Assembly (NCBI GenBank): GCA_963783375.1
Contig: CAWANH010000029.1
Location: 736,001 to 800,000, forward strand
Direction: 5' to 3'
DNA length: 64,000 nt
From: Candidatus Eiseniibacteriota bacterium
Lineage (GTDB): Bacteria; Eisenbacteria; RBG-16-71-46; JABDJR01
Numbering within the stretch: the first letter of the stretch is position 1; each line of letters starts with the position of its first letter. Below the pieces are notes generated by a model, which saw only the letters and a program-made list of their open reading frames with translations, had not been told where the DNA came from and made no database searches. The position numbers were made by a program, and so were the translations under genes. Below, one piece after another: positions 48,131 through 58,257 of this stretch.

Positions 48131-49630
48131 ATGACGCGATCGAGTGACCGAGCTTCGCGGGACGAGGGCGGAAGGGCTGGGGTTCGCGCTGGCGCGCGTC
48201 CGGGGCTTTGGCCGTTGCGGGGTGCTCGGCGCTGGGGCTTTCCTGCGCCCGGGAACGGCGCAGGCCCAGGGGTCGGACACTCCGGTCGAGCTGCCGGAGA
48301 CCGACGATCTTCGGCATGGGCGCCCGGGCCATGGGCATGGGCATGGCCTACACCGCGGTGGCCGAGGACGTGACCGCGATGGCCTTCAACCCGGCCGGCC
48401 TCGCCCAGATCCGCAGGATCGAGTTCTCCGCCGGGCTGGCCTACGACGATCTCAGCAGCACCGTCACCCACTTCGCTCGCAACGACACCCCCGATCTCAC
48501 AGACCCGCCTCGACCACGCGGCCATGGCCTACCCGATCCCCACGTACCGGGGAAGCGTGGTCCTGGCGTTCGGTTTCAGCCGCGTGGCCGACTGGACACC
48601 AGCTATTTCCAGGAGGGGTTCGCCCTGCCGATGACCGCCAGGATCGCCGGGTCTCTTCCGAGTGGAGAGACTACCAACGCGAGGGGATGCGTGAACCAGT
48701 GGACGGCGGCCGGGGCCATGGACCTCTCCCCCAACCTGTCGGTCGGGCGCCACGGTGAGCTATCTCACCGGCTCCTCGCACCGAGGACTTCGCTTTGGCC
48801 CAGTACCGCGTCACGGGTACCTCCCTGGATCACTCGGACTCCCTGAGACCCGGAAGACTGGCCGTTCCTCAGACTCCAGGCAAGGCGGAACGAGGAATGA
48901 CTGGATACACAGGATCGTTCGGAATCCTCGGGCACTTCGGACCACGGCGCCGGGTCGGGGCAGCCGTCGGACTTCCCGAAAGCTGAACTACACGGGCACC
49001 GGAGCGACATACATGGAAAACAAGGAGTACGCCCGCGATCTCATTGACCGGGTCGCATTCAGCGACGACATCACGTTGCCTGCTTCCGTACGGGGCGGCG
49101 TCTCCTGGGGAACACACGGCCTGCTGCTGGCTGGCGGCCTCGGCTGGACCGACTACACCCAGATCGACTACGCGGGAAGATTCAGTTGGCTGCCCATGGT
49201 TCAGGACAGCCTTACCCTACAACGCCAAGCCTGTCTATCGTTCCGTAGCGGCCTTCAATCTCGGCGCCGAATACCAGTTCAGTTCAGCCCCGCTCCGGGT
49301 TCGAGCCGGGTTCTTCACCGAGCCCCTACCCTACAAGTTGATCGCCGCAGATCCAGACTACGTCTACCAGCAGGGCAGCCTGGATGAGTCGGTTGTCTAT
49401 CGCGATTACCCGCAAGCGAACATCGTCTCTGATCGGAAGTACTGGACTCTGGGGGCTGGCGTCCTGGTCGAGGGCGCGCTGACCTTGGACGTGGCTTACG
49501 TCCGTGGGAGTTGGGAGCGTGAAACGCCGTCGAACTACAAGAACACCACCGACTACTTTCCAACTGTCCCACTCGGGAGAAGGTGACTGAGGACAGGGTG
49601 TTCGCGACCACCACCTTCCACTTCGAGTAG
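48131..49630 (+). pseudogene. OmpP1/FadL/PorV-like outer-membrane beta-barrel with many frameshifts
   Basis: Fragments in different frames: GARAMGMGMAYTAVAEDVTAMAFNPAGL; AYPIPTYRGSVVLAFGF; WTDYTQIDY; GAEY...LRVRAGF; LDVAYV; C-terminal TFHFE stop. Confidence 0.75.
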
Positions 49631-49653
49631 CCGGCGAACGGCACCCCGAAAGA

Positions 49654-49681
49654 GCCGCGCCGGTCTCCGGCGCGGCCTTTT
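49654..49681 (+). terminator. Intrinsic terminator after the FadL-like gene
   Basis: GCCGCGCCGG-TCT-CCGGCGCGGC followed by CTTTT. Confidence 0.75.
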
Positions 49682-49796
49682 CGTAGTTCCCTGGGACCGA
49701 TCGAATCGGGCCTCGCTTGGGTAGAGTACCCGGGTACGCCAAGCGCGCGGTATGGCTCCGGGCGCGGGGGGCGGCCCGGAGGTCTCCGAAGATCGC

Positions 49797-50558
49797 CTAC
49801 AACAGCCCCAGCCGCTCCAGGGCGTTCTGGGCCGCCGCCTGCTCCGCCCGCTTCTTGTTGGTCCCCTTGCCCAGCCCGAGCTGGTCCCCGCGAACCGTGA
49901 CCTCCACCGTGAACACCTTGCGGTGGTCGGGGCCGGACTCGGACACGATGCGGTAGCGGGGGTAGGTCTTGAAGCGTTCCTGGATGTTCTCCTGCAGCAC
50001 GCTCTTGTAGTTGACGTGGCTCCGGTTTCCCAGGATGTGGTCCACCTCGTCCAGGAGATGGCGGAGGATGAACCGGCGGGAGCAGACCAAGCCGCCGTCC
50101 AGGTACATGGCCCCGATGACCGCCTCGAACCCGTCGGCCAGGATCGAGGCCCGGAAGGACCCCCCCGACTCGCGCTCGGCGTCGCTCAGGAACAGGTAAC
50201 GCCCCAGGTTCAGCCGCTTGGCCTGCTCGGCCAGGACTTCCCGGCTCACCAGGAGCGACTTCATCTTGGTGAGCTCCCCCTCCTGGAGGTCGGGGTAGCG
50301 GTGGTAGAGGAACTCGTTCACCGCGAGCTCGAGAACCGAGTCGCCGAGGAATTCCAGGCGCTCGTTGGACCCGGGAAGGTCGCCGCCGTTGCAGTTGAGG
50401 AAGGACCGGTGGGTCAGCGCCCAGCAGACGAGGTCGGGATCGTTGAAGCGATAGCCGACGTGTCGCTCGAACTCCTCCAGCCCGACCATGAGGGCCGGGT
50501 CGCTGAAGGCACGGGGACGACGACGCTTCAGCCGACGCAGAAGGTCGTGAAGGACCAT
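49797..50558 (-). CDS. rnc: Ribonuclease III
   Basis: ALTHRS, NERLEFLGDSVL, ADGFEAVIGA, NYKSVLQE dsRBD. Confidence 0.97.
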   Translation of the reverse strand: MVLHDLLRRLKRRRPRAFSDPALMVGLEEFERHVGYRFNDPDLVCWALTHRSFLNCNGGDLPGSNERLEFLGDSVLELAVNEFLYHRYPDLQEGELTKMKSLLVSREVLAEQAKRLNLGRYLFLSDAERESGGSFRASILADGFEAVIGAMYLDGGLVCSRRFILRHLLDEVDHILGNRSHVNYKSVLQENIQERFKTYPRYRIVSESGPDHRKVFTVEVTVRGDQLGLGKGTNKKRAEQAAAQNALERLGLL

Positions 50559-50600
50559 CTCGGGTTTCCAGGCGAAGCCGGACGCCCGGGCGCTAAAGGC

Positions 50601-51842
50601 CTAGTCGAACCGGCGCACCGCGAGGGTTACGTTGTGTCCGCCGAACCCGAGCGAATTGGAGAGGGCGGCGTGGACCGTGGCCTTGCGGGATTCGTTCGGG
50701 ACACAGTCCAGGTCGCACTCCGGATCCGGATGCTCGTAGTTGATGGTCGGGGGAAGGATCCCGTGCTTCAGAGCCAGCACGGAGGCCACGAACTCGATCC
50801 CGCCGGCGGCACCCAGGAGGTGGCCGGTCATCGATTTGGTGGACCCTAGGGCCAGGGATCGGGCGTGTTCCCCGAACACATTCTTGACGGCGGCGGTTTC
50901 CATCTTGTCGTTCAACGGGGTGGACGTGCCGTGGGCGTTGATGTACCCGACCTCGTCCAGCCCCAGCTTGGCGTCGTCGAGGGCCAGCTTCATGGCCCGC
51001 GCCGCTCCCTCCCCTCCCGGGGCGGGGGCAGTGATGTGATGGGCGTCGGCGGTGAGGCCATAGCCGGCGACGCGGGCGTGGATCGCGGCTCCCCGCTTCC
51101 TGGCCCGCTCTTCCTCCTCGAGGACGACGATCCCGGACCCCTCGCCCATCACGAATCCATCGCGTTCGGCGTCGAAAGGCCGGGAGGCTCGCTCCGGCTG
51201 ATCGTTGCGGGTGGACATCGCCTTCATGGAGCAGAACCCCGCATAGCAGAGTTCGGTCATGGTGGCTTCGGCCCCCCCGCAGATCATGACGTCCGCCTGG
51301 CCGGAGCGAATGGCCTGGAAGGCCTCGCCGATGGCGTGGGCCCCCGAGGCGCAGGCGGACACGGTGGTGAAATTGGGCCCCTTCAGGTTCCAGCGGATGG
51401 AAGCCTGACCCGAGGCCATGTTGGCGATCATCATGGGGATGAAGAATGGGCTGACCCGACCCGGTCCCTTCTCCATCATGATCCGGAGCTGGCTTTCGAA
51501 GGTGATGATGCCTCCGATCCCCGTACCGATGAGAGCGCCCGCGCGCTCCGGCTCCGGAGGGGCCGCATCCAGCCCCGCGTCGGTCATCGCCTGATGGACC
51601 GCGGCCATCGCGTACTGGACGAAGAGGTCCGTTCGCCGGGCTTCCTTGGCGTCCATGTACGGAGACACGTCGAAGTTCTTCACCTCCCCACCCATGCGGG
51701 TGCTCAGCTGGGAAGGATCGAACCGCTCGAGGGTTCTGATACCGTTACGGCCCGCGACGAGACCCTCCCAGAACTCGGCAGTGGTATTGCCGATGGGAGT
51801 GACCGTTCCCAGACCGGTGACTACGACGTTTCGTTCCATCAT
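50601..51842 (-). CDS. fabF: Beta-ketoacyl-ACP synthase II
   Basis: SACASG, INAHGTST, KSMTGHLLGAAG, SNSLGFGGHN. Confidence 0.97.
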   Translation of the reverse strand: MMERNVVVTGLGTVTPIGNTTAEFWEGLVAGRNGIRTLERFDPSQLSTRMGGEVKNFDVSPYMDAKEARRTDLFVQYAMAAVHQAMTDAGLDAAPPEPERAGALIGTGIGGIITFESQLRIMMEKGPGRVSPFFIPMMIANMASGQASIRWNLKGPNFTTVSACASGAHAIGEAFQAIRSGQADVMICGGAEATMTELCYAGFCSMKAMSTRNDQPERASRPFDAERDGFVMGEGSGIVVLEEEERARKRGAAIHARVAGYGLTADAHHITAPAPGGEGAARAMKLALDDAKLGLDEVGYINAHGTSTPLNDKMETAAVKNVFGEHARSLALGSTKSMTGHLLGAAGGIEFVASVLALKHGILPPTINYEHPDPECDLDCVPNESRKATVHAALSNSLGFGGHNVTLAVRRFD

Positions 51843-51908
51843 GACTTATCGGATGAATCGGTCGGGCCGCCGGAGGGGCCGGCGCGCCGAACCTTGGTCG
51901 GTTTGAAG

Positions 51909-52145
51909 CTACTTCACGTTTTCTTTGAGGTAGTTCATCGAATCCCCGACGGTGACCATCTTCTCAGCGTCCTCGTCCGGGATCTCGACGTTGAACTCCT
52001 CCTCCAGAGCCATGATCAGCTCGACCGTATCCAGGGAATCCGCGCCCAGATCGTCGATGAAACGGGCTTCGGGCTTCACCTGGTCGGCGGAGACCCCAAG
52101 CTGCTCGACGATGATTTCCCTGACGCGATCCTCATTGTAGGCCAT
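51909..52145 (-). CDS. acpP: Acyl carrier protein
   Basis: [14 protein letters not shown]. Confidence 0.98.
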   Translation of the reverse strand: MAYNEDRVREIIVEQLGVSADQVKPEARFIDDLGADSLDTVELIMALEEEFNVEIPDEDAEKMVTVGDSMNYLKENVK

Positions 52146-52212
52146 TCCAGATCTCCTCCATCGTTGGATATTCCGGGGTTCAAATTCTCCCCCCGATCAG
52201 GGGACGGGAAGG

Positions 52213-52962
52213 TTATGCCATGACCATTCCGCCGTCAACATGGATCACCTGTCCGGTGATGTAGGCGGCGTCCTCCCCGGCCAGAAAAACCACCACGCCG
52301 GCCACGTCCTCCGGGGACCCAAGCCGGCCCACGGGGATGGACCCCATGAGAGCCTGTTTCGCGTTCTCGGGGAGAGCCTCGGTCATCGCGGTCTCGATGT
52401 AGCCCGGGGCCACCGCGTTCGCGGTCACTCCCCGGCCGGCCAGTTCCCGGGCCACCGAACGGGTGAATCCCAGGATCCCCGCCTTGGAGGCCGCGTAATT
52501 GGCCTGGCCCGCGTTGCCCAGCACGCCCACCACCGAGGAGATGTTGATGATCCTCCCCCACCGGGCCTTCATCATGTCACGGCAGAACACCTTGGTGCAG
52601 TGGAAGGTGCCGTCGAGGTTCACCCGGAGGACCTCGCTCCAGTCCTCGGGCTTCATCCGAAGCAAGAGCTGATCGCGGGTGATTCCGGCGTTGTTGACCA
52701 GGATCGAGACCTTCCCCAGGTCCCCGGCGATCCGGATCGCCGCTTCCTCCACCGCCGTGAAGTCCGACACGTCCAGCCCCAGGGCCATGGCCCTCCGCCC
52801 CAGACCCCGGATCTCCGCCGCCGCATCTTCAGCCGGAGCGGGGTTCCGGGCGGCCAGGGCCACGTCGGCGCCTCGATGGGCGAGCGCCAACGCGATGGCG
52901 CGACCGATGCCCCGTGAGGCTCCGGTGACCAGGGCCACCTTGCCCTGAAGATCCGCGGTCAC
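52213..52962 (-). CDS. fabG: 3-oxoacyl-ACP reductase
   Basis: TGASRGIG, NNAGITRD, YAASK; GTG start coupled to the fabD stop. Confidence 0.96.
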   Translation of the reverse strand: MTADLQGKVALVTGASRGIGRAIALALAHRGADVALAARNPAPAEDAAAEIRGLGRRAMALGLDVSDFTAVEEAAIRIAGDLGKVSILVNNAGITRDQLLLRMKPEDWSEVLRVNLDGTFHCTKVFCRDMMKARWGRIINISSVVGVLGNAGQANYAASKAGILGFTRSVARELAGRGVTANAVAPGYIETAMTEALPENAKQALMGSIPVGRLGSPEDVAGVVVFLAGEDAAYITGQVIHVDGGMVMA

Positions 52963-53879
52963 GGCGCCACCCGCTCCAGGTCGGCGGGCTCGGCCACGGT
53001 GTCGCAGGCCGCCTCGCGGTCCACGGCGCGCAGGAGCCCCTTCAGGACCTTGCCCGGCCCCACCTCCAGGAACGGCGGGCCCGGGTCGGCGACCAGGGCA
53101 CGCATGCTGGCCTCCCAGCGCACCGGGTTCAGGAGCTGGCGGGCCAGGGACTCCCTGATGGCCTCGGGCTCTCGCACCACCTCGGCGGAGGCGTTGGCCA
53201 CCACCGGGATCTCCGCGGGACGGATCTCCACCTCGGCCAGGGCGCGCCGGAGCCCCTGGAAGGCCGACTCCATGAGCGGGGAATGGAACGCCCCGCTCAC
53301 CTTCAGGGGAACCACCTTCCGGGCCCCCGCCGCCTTCGCCAGCTCCAGGGCCGCGGCCACCGCGGGAGGATCCCCGGACACCACGACCTGGCCCGGTGAA
53401 TTCAGGTTGGCCGCGCACACCACGCCCTCGGTGACCCCGGCGCAGAGCGCCTCCACCGCCGGCCCCTCGAGTCCCAGTACCGCGCCCATGGCCCCGGGTC
53501 GCTCGAGGCCGGCCTCGTACATGAGCTCCCCGCGCCGGCGGACCAGACGCGCCGCGTCGGCGAAGGACAGGGATCCCGCGGCCACGTAGGCGCTGTACTC
53601 GCCCAGGGAGTGGCCGGCCGCCGCAGTGGGCCGCACCCCGCGTGCCTGCAGTTCCCGCAGCACGGCCACCGAGTGGACCAGGATGGCCGGCTGGGTGTTC
53701 TTGGTCTTGACCAGCTCCTCCTCCGGACCTTCGAAGGAGATCGCCGCGAGATCGAAACCCAGGGCTTCGTTCGCTTCCCGGTAAGTCGTGCGCGCGGTCT
53801 CCGAGGCCTCGTGGAGGGTCCGGCCCATTCCCACGAACTGGGATCCCTGGCCGGGGAAGAGAAACACCGCCTCGGTCAC
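52959..53879 (-). CDS. fabD: Malonyl-CoA:ACP transacylase
   Basis: FPGQGSQ, TQPAI, GHSLGEY, VSGAFHS; GTG start coupled to the fabH stop. Confidence 0.96.
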   Translation of the reverse strand: MTEAVFLFPGQGSQFVGMGRTLHEASETARTTYREANEALGFDLAAISFEGPEEELVKTKNTQPAILVHSVAVLRELQARGVRPTAAAGHSLGEYSAYVAAGSLSFADAARLVRRRGELMYEAGLERPGAMGAVLGLEGPAVEALCAGVTEGVVCAANLNSPGQVVVSGDPPAVAAALELAKAAGARKVVPLKVSGAFHSPLMESAFQGLRRALAEVEIRPAEIPVVANASAEVVREPEAIRESLARQLLNPVRWEASMRALVADPGPPFLEVGPGKVLKGLLRAVDREAACDTVAEPADLERVAP

Positions 53880-54892
53880 TGGTTGCCTTCCCATCGCATC
53901 ACCGAGGCCCCCCAGGTGAGCCCGCCCCCGAACGCCACCATGCCGATGACGTTCCCCTTCTTCACCCGGCCGCTGGTCACCGCCTCGTCCAGGGCGAGGG
54001 GGATCGAGGAAGCCGAGGTGTTGCCGAAGCGTTCGATGGTCACCACCACCTTCTCGGGGGGAATTTCCAGCCGCTTGGCGGTGGCGTCGATGATCCGGAT
54101 GTTGGCCTGGTGCGGGATCAGGAGGTCCAGATCCCCGACGTTGATGTGGGCCGCCTCCACCGCCCGCCGGGCGATCGATTCCATGCCCCGCACCGCGATC
54201 TTGAACACCTCGTTCCCGGCCATCTTCATGTAATGGAGTCGTTGATCCACCGTTTCGTGGGAAGCGGGATGGCGCGAACCGCCCCCCGGCATGAAGAGCA
54301 GCTCTCCCTGATCGCCATCGGAGCCGATCACCACCGAGAGGAGTCCCCGGTCCGCTTCGGGATCGCCCTCGATGGCCACCGCCCCCGCCGCGTCGCCGAA
54401 CAGCACACAAGTGGACCGGTCGGTGTAGTCGGTGATGCGGCTCAGGGTCTCCACCCCGACCAGGAGGATGCGCCGGACCTGCTGGGAGAGAATGAGGGCG
54501 CGGGAGAGATAGAGCCCGTAGATGAACCCGGTGCAGGCGGCCCCGATGTCGAGGGCGGCGGCCTGACCGGCTCCCAGCTTGGCCTGCAGGGTGCAACCGC
54601 AGGACGGGAAGAGGTAGTCGGGGGTCACCGTGGCCACGATGATGAGGTCGAGATCGGCGGAGGTCCAACCCGCGGCCTTCAGCGCCTTGCGGGCGGCCAT
54701 GAGGGCCAGGTCGCTCGACGCCTGCTCGGGTTCCGCGATGTGGCGCTCCCGGATTCCGGTCCGGGTTCGGATCCACTCGTCCGAGGTGTCCACCATGCGT
54801 TCGAAGTCCTGGTTGGTGAGTATCCGCTCCGGATAGTAGGAGCCGGTGCCGCGGATAACCGCGCTCTTAGGAGTTGGCAACCTTGCCTCCAT
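53876..54892 (-). CDS. fabH: Beta-ketoacyl-ACP synthase III
   Basis: DTSDEWIRTRTGI, AACTGF, PHQAN, GNTSASS, GGGLTWG. Confidence 0.96.
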   Translation of the reverse strand: MEARLPTPKSAVIRGTGSYYPERILTNQDFERMVDTSDEWIRTRTGIRERHIAEPEQASSDLALMAARKALKAAGWTSADLDLIIVATVTPDYLFPSCGCTLQAKLGAGQAAALDIGAACTGFIYGLYLSRALILSQQVRRILLVGVETLSRITDYTDRSTCVLFGDAAGAVAIEGDPEADRGLLSVVIGSDGDQGELLFMPGGGSRHPASHETVDQRLHYMKMAGNEVFKIAVRGMESIARRAVEAAHINVGDLDLLIPHQANIRIIDATAKRLEIPPEKVVVTIERFGNTSASSIPLALDEAVTSGRVKKGNVIGMVAFGGGLTWGASVMRWEGNQ

Positions 54893-55925
54893 TGACCCGA
54901 TCCAGTTCCTGGCGGATCTCGTCGTTGATGCCTTGGGCAGACAGGTCCGCGCTCACGCGGACCGCGTTTCGGATGGCCTTGGGGCTGGATCGCCCATGCC
55001 CGATGATGGCCACCCCATTCACCCCCAGAAGGGGAGCGCCGCCCACCTCGGAATAGTCGAGCCGGTTCTTGAGCCGGCGGAGCGACGGTTTCAGCAGGTA
55101 CGCCCCCATCTTGGCCAGCACGTGGTCGCCGATCTCCCGTCGAACCGCGTGTACCACCCAGTCGAATACGCTCTCGGCGAACTTGAGAAGAACGTTCCCG
55201 GTGAACCCGTCGGTCACCACCACGTGGGTCCGTCCCTGGAGGATGTCCCGGCCCTCGACGTTCCCCACGAAATTGATGCCGCTCGAGGAGAGAAGCATGT
55301 GGGCCTCCTGGGCCAGCTCACTTCCCTTGCTCCCCTCCTCCCCGATGTTGAGGAGTCCGACGCGGGGCCGATCCACCTTCATCATGTGCCGATAGTAGAT
55401 CTCTCCCAGAATGGCGAACTGGAGCAGGTTGATCGGCTTGCAGTCCGCCGTGGCCCCCACGTCGAGGATGAGGGCCCAGGGAATTTCTCCCCCGGTGGGA
55501 ATGGGAGTGGCCAGGGCCGGTCGCACCACTCCCGGAATCCGCCCCATGTTGAGGAGCGCCGCCGCCACCATGGCCCCGGTGTTCCCCGCGCTCACCACCC
55601 CCTCGGCCGCCCCGTCCCTCACCAACCGGGTGGCCACGGACAGGGACGAGTCCGGCTTCTTGCGAAAGGAGTCCGCCGCGGCCTCGTCCATCGTCACCCG
55701 CTCGGCGGCATGGACCACGGTCAGTCCGGAATCCCCCGCCCCCAGCCGTACCAGCTCGGCCCGGATGGCCGCCTCGTCCCCCACCAGGATGGGGTCGACC
55801 CGGTCGCCGTAGAGACGCGAGGCCTCCACGACCCCCTCCACCACGAGGGCTGGGGCCTGGTCGCCACCCATGGCGTCCACCGCAATGCGGGTACGCACCG
55901 GTCGGGCTGATTCAGAGGAATTCAT
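54867..55925 (-). CDS. plsX: Phosphate acyltransferase PlsX
   Basis: IAVDAMGGD, SAGNTGA, NIGEEGSKG, DGFTGN, GGAPLLGV, HGRS. Confidence 0.97.
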   Translation of the reverse strand: MNSSESARPVRTRIAVDAMGGDQAPALVVEGVVEASRLYGDRVDPILVGDEAAIRAELVRLGAGDSGLTVVHAAERVTMDEAAADSFRKKPDSSLSVATRLVRDGAAEGVVSAGNTGAMVAAALLNMGRIPGVVRPALATPIPTGGEIPWALILDVGATADCKPINLLQFAILGEIYYRHMMKVDRPRVGLLNIGEEGSKGSELAQEAHMLLSSSGINFVGNVEGRDILQGRTHVVVTDGFTGNVLLKFAESVFDWVVHAVRREIGDHVLAKMGAYLLKPSLRRLKNRLDYSEVGGAPLLGVNGVAIIGHGRSSPKAIRNAVRVSADLSAQGINDEIRQELDRVNGGKVANS

Positions 55926-55952
55926 GACGCCTGCATGAGCACCGGTTCGAGG

Positions 55953-56135
55953 TTAGGCGATTTCCGGGGTCGTGATTTCCCGATCGGCGTAGTAGCCGCA
56001 GCTCGGGCAAACGCGGTGTGGCCGTTTGGGTTGACCGCAATGGGAGCAGGTGCCCACCGACGGCTTGGACAGCTTCCAGTGGGTTCTGCGTTTGGCCTGC
56101 CGGGCCCGGGAATGCCGGCGCTTGGGGAGAGCCAC
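55953..56135 (-). CDS. rpmF: 50S ribosomal protein L32 (zinc-binding form)
   Basis: MALPKRRHS...CSHCG...HRVCPSCGYY. Confidence 0.97.
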   Translation of the reverse strand: MALPKRRHSRARQAKRRTHWKLSKPSVGTCSHCGQPKRPHRVCPSCGYYADREITTPEIA

Positions 56136-56210
56136 TTCCGATTCCTCCTATGACGATGACTTCGGGACCTGGGCCCCGAACGGCGGAACGCCTGCGGGCG
56201 CCCACCGGGT

Positions 56211-56729
56211 CTACGATGTCTTGTCCTTCAAAGCCTTCAGCCCCTCCCACCGGGGATCTCCCGTGGGGGGCGTACACCCGCACGGCCCTTCGTTCAGGTC
56301 CTGGCCGCAGTGCGGACAGAGACCCCGACAATCGGGCCGGCAGAGCTGCACCACCGGGACCTCCAGGATCAGCGCCTCGCGAAGCGGCCCGTCCAGGTCC
56401 AGCTCGATGCCGTCATGATATAGGACGTCCCCCTCCTGTTCCAGAGCCACCTCATCCTCGGGGACGTCCGAGCCGCGGCGATCGGCGAACACCAGGACCT
56501 CTGCCTCGACCCTGAAGGTGAACTCCCGGGCGCACCGGGCGCAGTCCTGGTTCGCGTCGACCCCCACCCGGCCGCGGAGGGTGATCTGGTCCCCCCTCCG
56601 CTCCGCGTCGAGGTCGACCTCCACCGGTCCCCGGGGCCGAAGCCACTCCTCCAGGTCGAACGGACCGGCCGGTTCGAGGCGCTCCACCCGGGAGTGCCCC
56701 TGGGGAAGCTGGGGAATCTGGATCTTCAA
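56211..56729 (-). CDS. YceD/DUF177 protein
   Basis: CARC, LCRPDCRGLCPHCGQDLN, DPRW; directly upstream of rpmF. Confidence 0.92.
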   Translation of the reverse strand: MKIQIPQLPQGHSRVERLEPAGPFDLEEWLRPRGPVEVDLDAERRGDQITLRGRVGVDANQDCARCAREFTFRVEAEVLVFADRRGSDVPEDEVALEQEGDVLYHDGIELDLDGPLREALILEVPVVQLCRPDCRGLCPHCGQDLNEGPCGCTPPTGDPRWEGLKALKDKTS

Positions 56730-56790
56730 CTAAGCCTACTCCTCCCAGGCTCCCCGGTCGCGACCGAAGCCGTCGCCCCGCGGCCGGAAA

Positions 56791-57201
56791 TCAAGTCGTT
56801 TCGTCGGAAAAGAAGAACGGGATCTCGACGCCCGCGGACTCCGGCGAGTCCGAGCCGTGCACCGAGTTGGTCTGGATATCCACCCCGAACTCGGCCCGGA
56901 TGGTGCCCGGAGCGGCGTTCTTCGGATTGGTGGCCCCCATCAGCTCCCGGAGCCGGGGGATGGCGTTCTCCGCCTCCAGCATCACCGGGATGCATGGACC
57001 CGAGGTCATGTAGGCCACCAGATCGTCCAGAAAGGGCTTCCCTTCGTGGACCGCGTAGAACGCGCGCGCCCGCTCCGGCGTCAAGCGCACCAGCTCCATC
57101 CGGCGAATCTTGAAGCCGGTGGCCTCGATCATGGCCAGGATCTTTCCCACCAGGCCGCGATCCACCGAATCCGGCTTGAGAATCAAGAGCGTCTTGTTCA
57201 A
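56791..57201 (-). CDS. ndk: Nucleoside diphosphate kinase
   Basis: ILKPD, FYAVHEGKPF, PGTIR, NSVHGSDS. Confidence 0.97.
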   Translation of the reverse strand: MNKTLLILKPDSVDRGLVGKILAMIEATGFKIRRMELVRLTPERARAFYAVHEGKPFLDDLVAYMTSGPCIPVMLEAENAIPRLRELMGATNPKNAAPGTIRAEFGVDIQTNSVHGSDSPESAGVEIPFFFSDETT

Positions 57202-57372
57202 CCAGGCCTCCCTTATTTCACGTTCGGACCGATCCCCGAAGGACCGGTCCCGACGCGCATCCGCGCATCGTCAAACGGGGCGCCGGGGGTCGCCGATGGT
57301 GGTTGGCGCAGAGCGCGAACACCGACGCCGGGACGCGGACGTCCCTTCCCCCGACCACCCCGATCCCGGCCG

Positions 57373-58248
57373 CTAGGAACGTCCCAGGGCGCGGGAAACC
57401 AGACCCGGAATCTCCGAAGGGATCTTGGCCACCGGCACGCCGGCCTCGGCCAAGGCCTCCGTCTTTTCCTGGGCGGTCCCCCCTCCCCCGGATATGATCG
57501 CCCCGGCATGCCCCATGCGCTTGCCGGGCGGAGCGGTCCGACCGGCGATGAAACCCACCACCGGCTTCTTCATCGAACTCTTGATGAAGCGCGCGGCTTC
57601 CTGCTCGTCGGTGCCCCCGATCTCCCCGATCAGGACCACCACCTTGGTCTCGGGATCCGCCTCGAAGAGCTCCAGGGTGTCGAGGAAATTGGTCCCGATG
57701 ATGGGATCCCCCCCGATGCCGATGCAGGTGCTCTGTCCGATTTCCGCCCGGGTGAGATGATCCACCACCTGGTAGGTGAGGGTCCCGCTCCGGGAAACCA
57801 GCCCCACCGGGCCCTCCTGGTGGATGGGTCCGGGAAGGATCCCGACCTTGGACTTGCCCGGGGAAATGAGCCCGGGGCAGTTGGGTCCGATCAGGCGGCT
57901 GGAGGAGCGCTCCACCGTGGCGTAGAGCTCCACCATATCGTTGACCGGCACTCCCTCGGTGATGCACACCACCAGCTTGACGCCGGCGTCCACCGCCTCG
58001 TAGACCGCGTCGACGGCGAAGGGGGCGGGGACGTAGATGACCGAGACGTTCCCGCCGGTCGCGGCTCGGGCTTCGGCCACGGAGTCGAACACCGGCACCC
58101 CGTGTACGGTCTCGCCGCCCTTGCCGGGGGTGACCCCGGCCACCACCTTGGTTCCGTAATCGATCATGCCCTGGGTGTGGAACGAGCCGTCGCGGCCGGT
58201 GATTCCCTGAACGATGACCTTGCTGTTCTGGTCGATGAGTATGCTCAT
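57373..58248 (-). CDS. sucD: Succinyl-CoA synthetase alpha subunit
   Basis: [32 protein letters not shown]. Confidence 0.96.
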   Translation of the reverse strand: MSILIDQNSKVIVQGITGRDGSFHTQGMIDYGTKVVAGVTPGKGGETVHGVPVFDSVAEARAATGGNVSVIYVPAPFAVDAVYEAVDAGVKLVVCITEGVPVNDMVELYATVERSSSRLIGPNCPGLISPGKSKVGILPGPIHQEGPVGLVSRSGTLTYQVVDHLTRAEIGQSTCIGIGGDPIIGTNFLDTLELFEADPETKVVVLIGEIGGTDEQEAARFIKSSMKKPVVGFIAGRTAPPGKRMGHAGAIISGGGGTAQEKTEALAEAGVPVAKIPSEIPGLVSRALGRS

Positions 58249-58257
58249 GTCGGCTCC

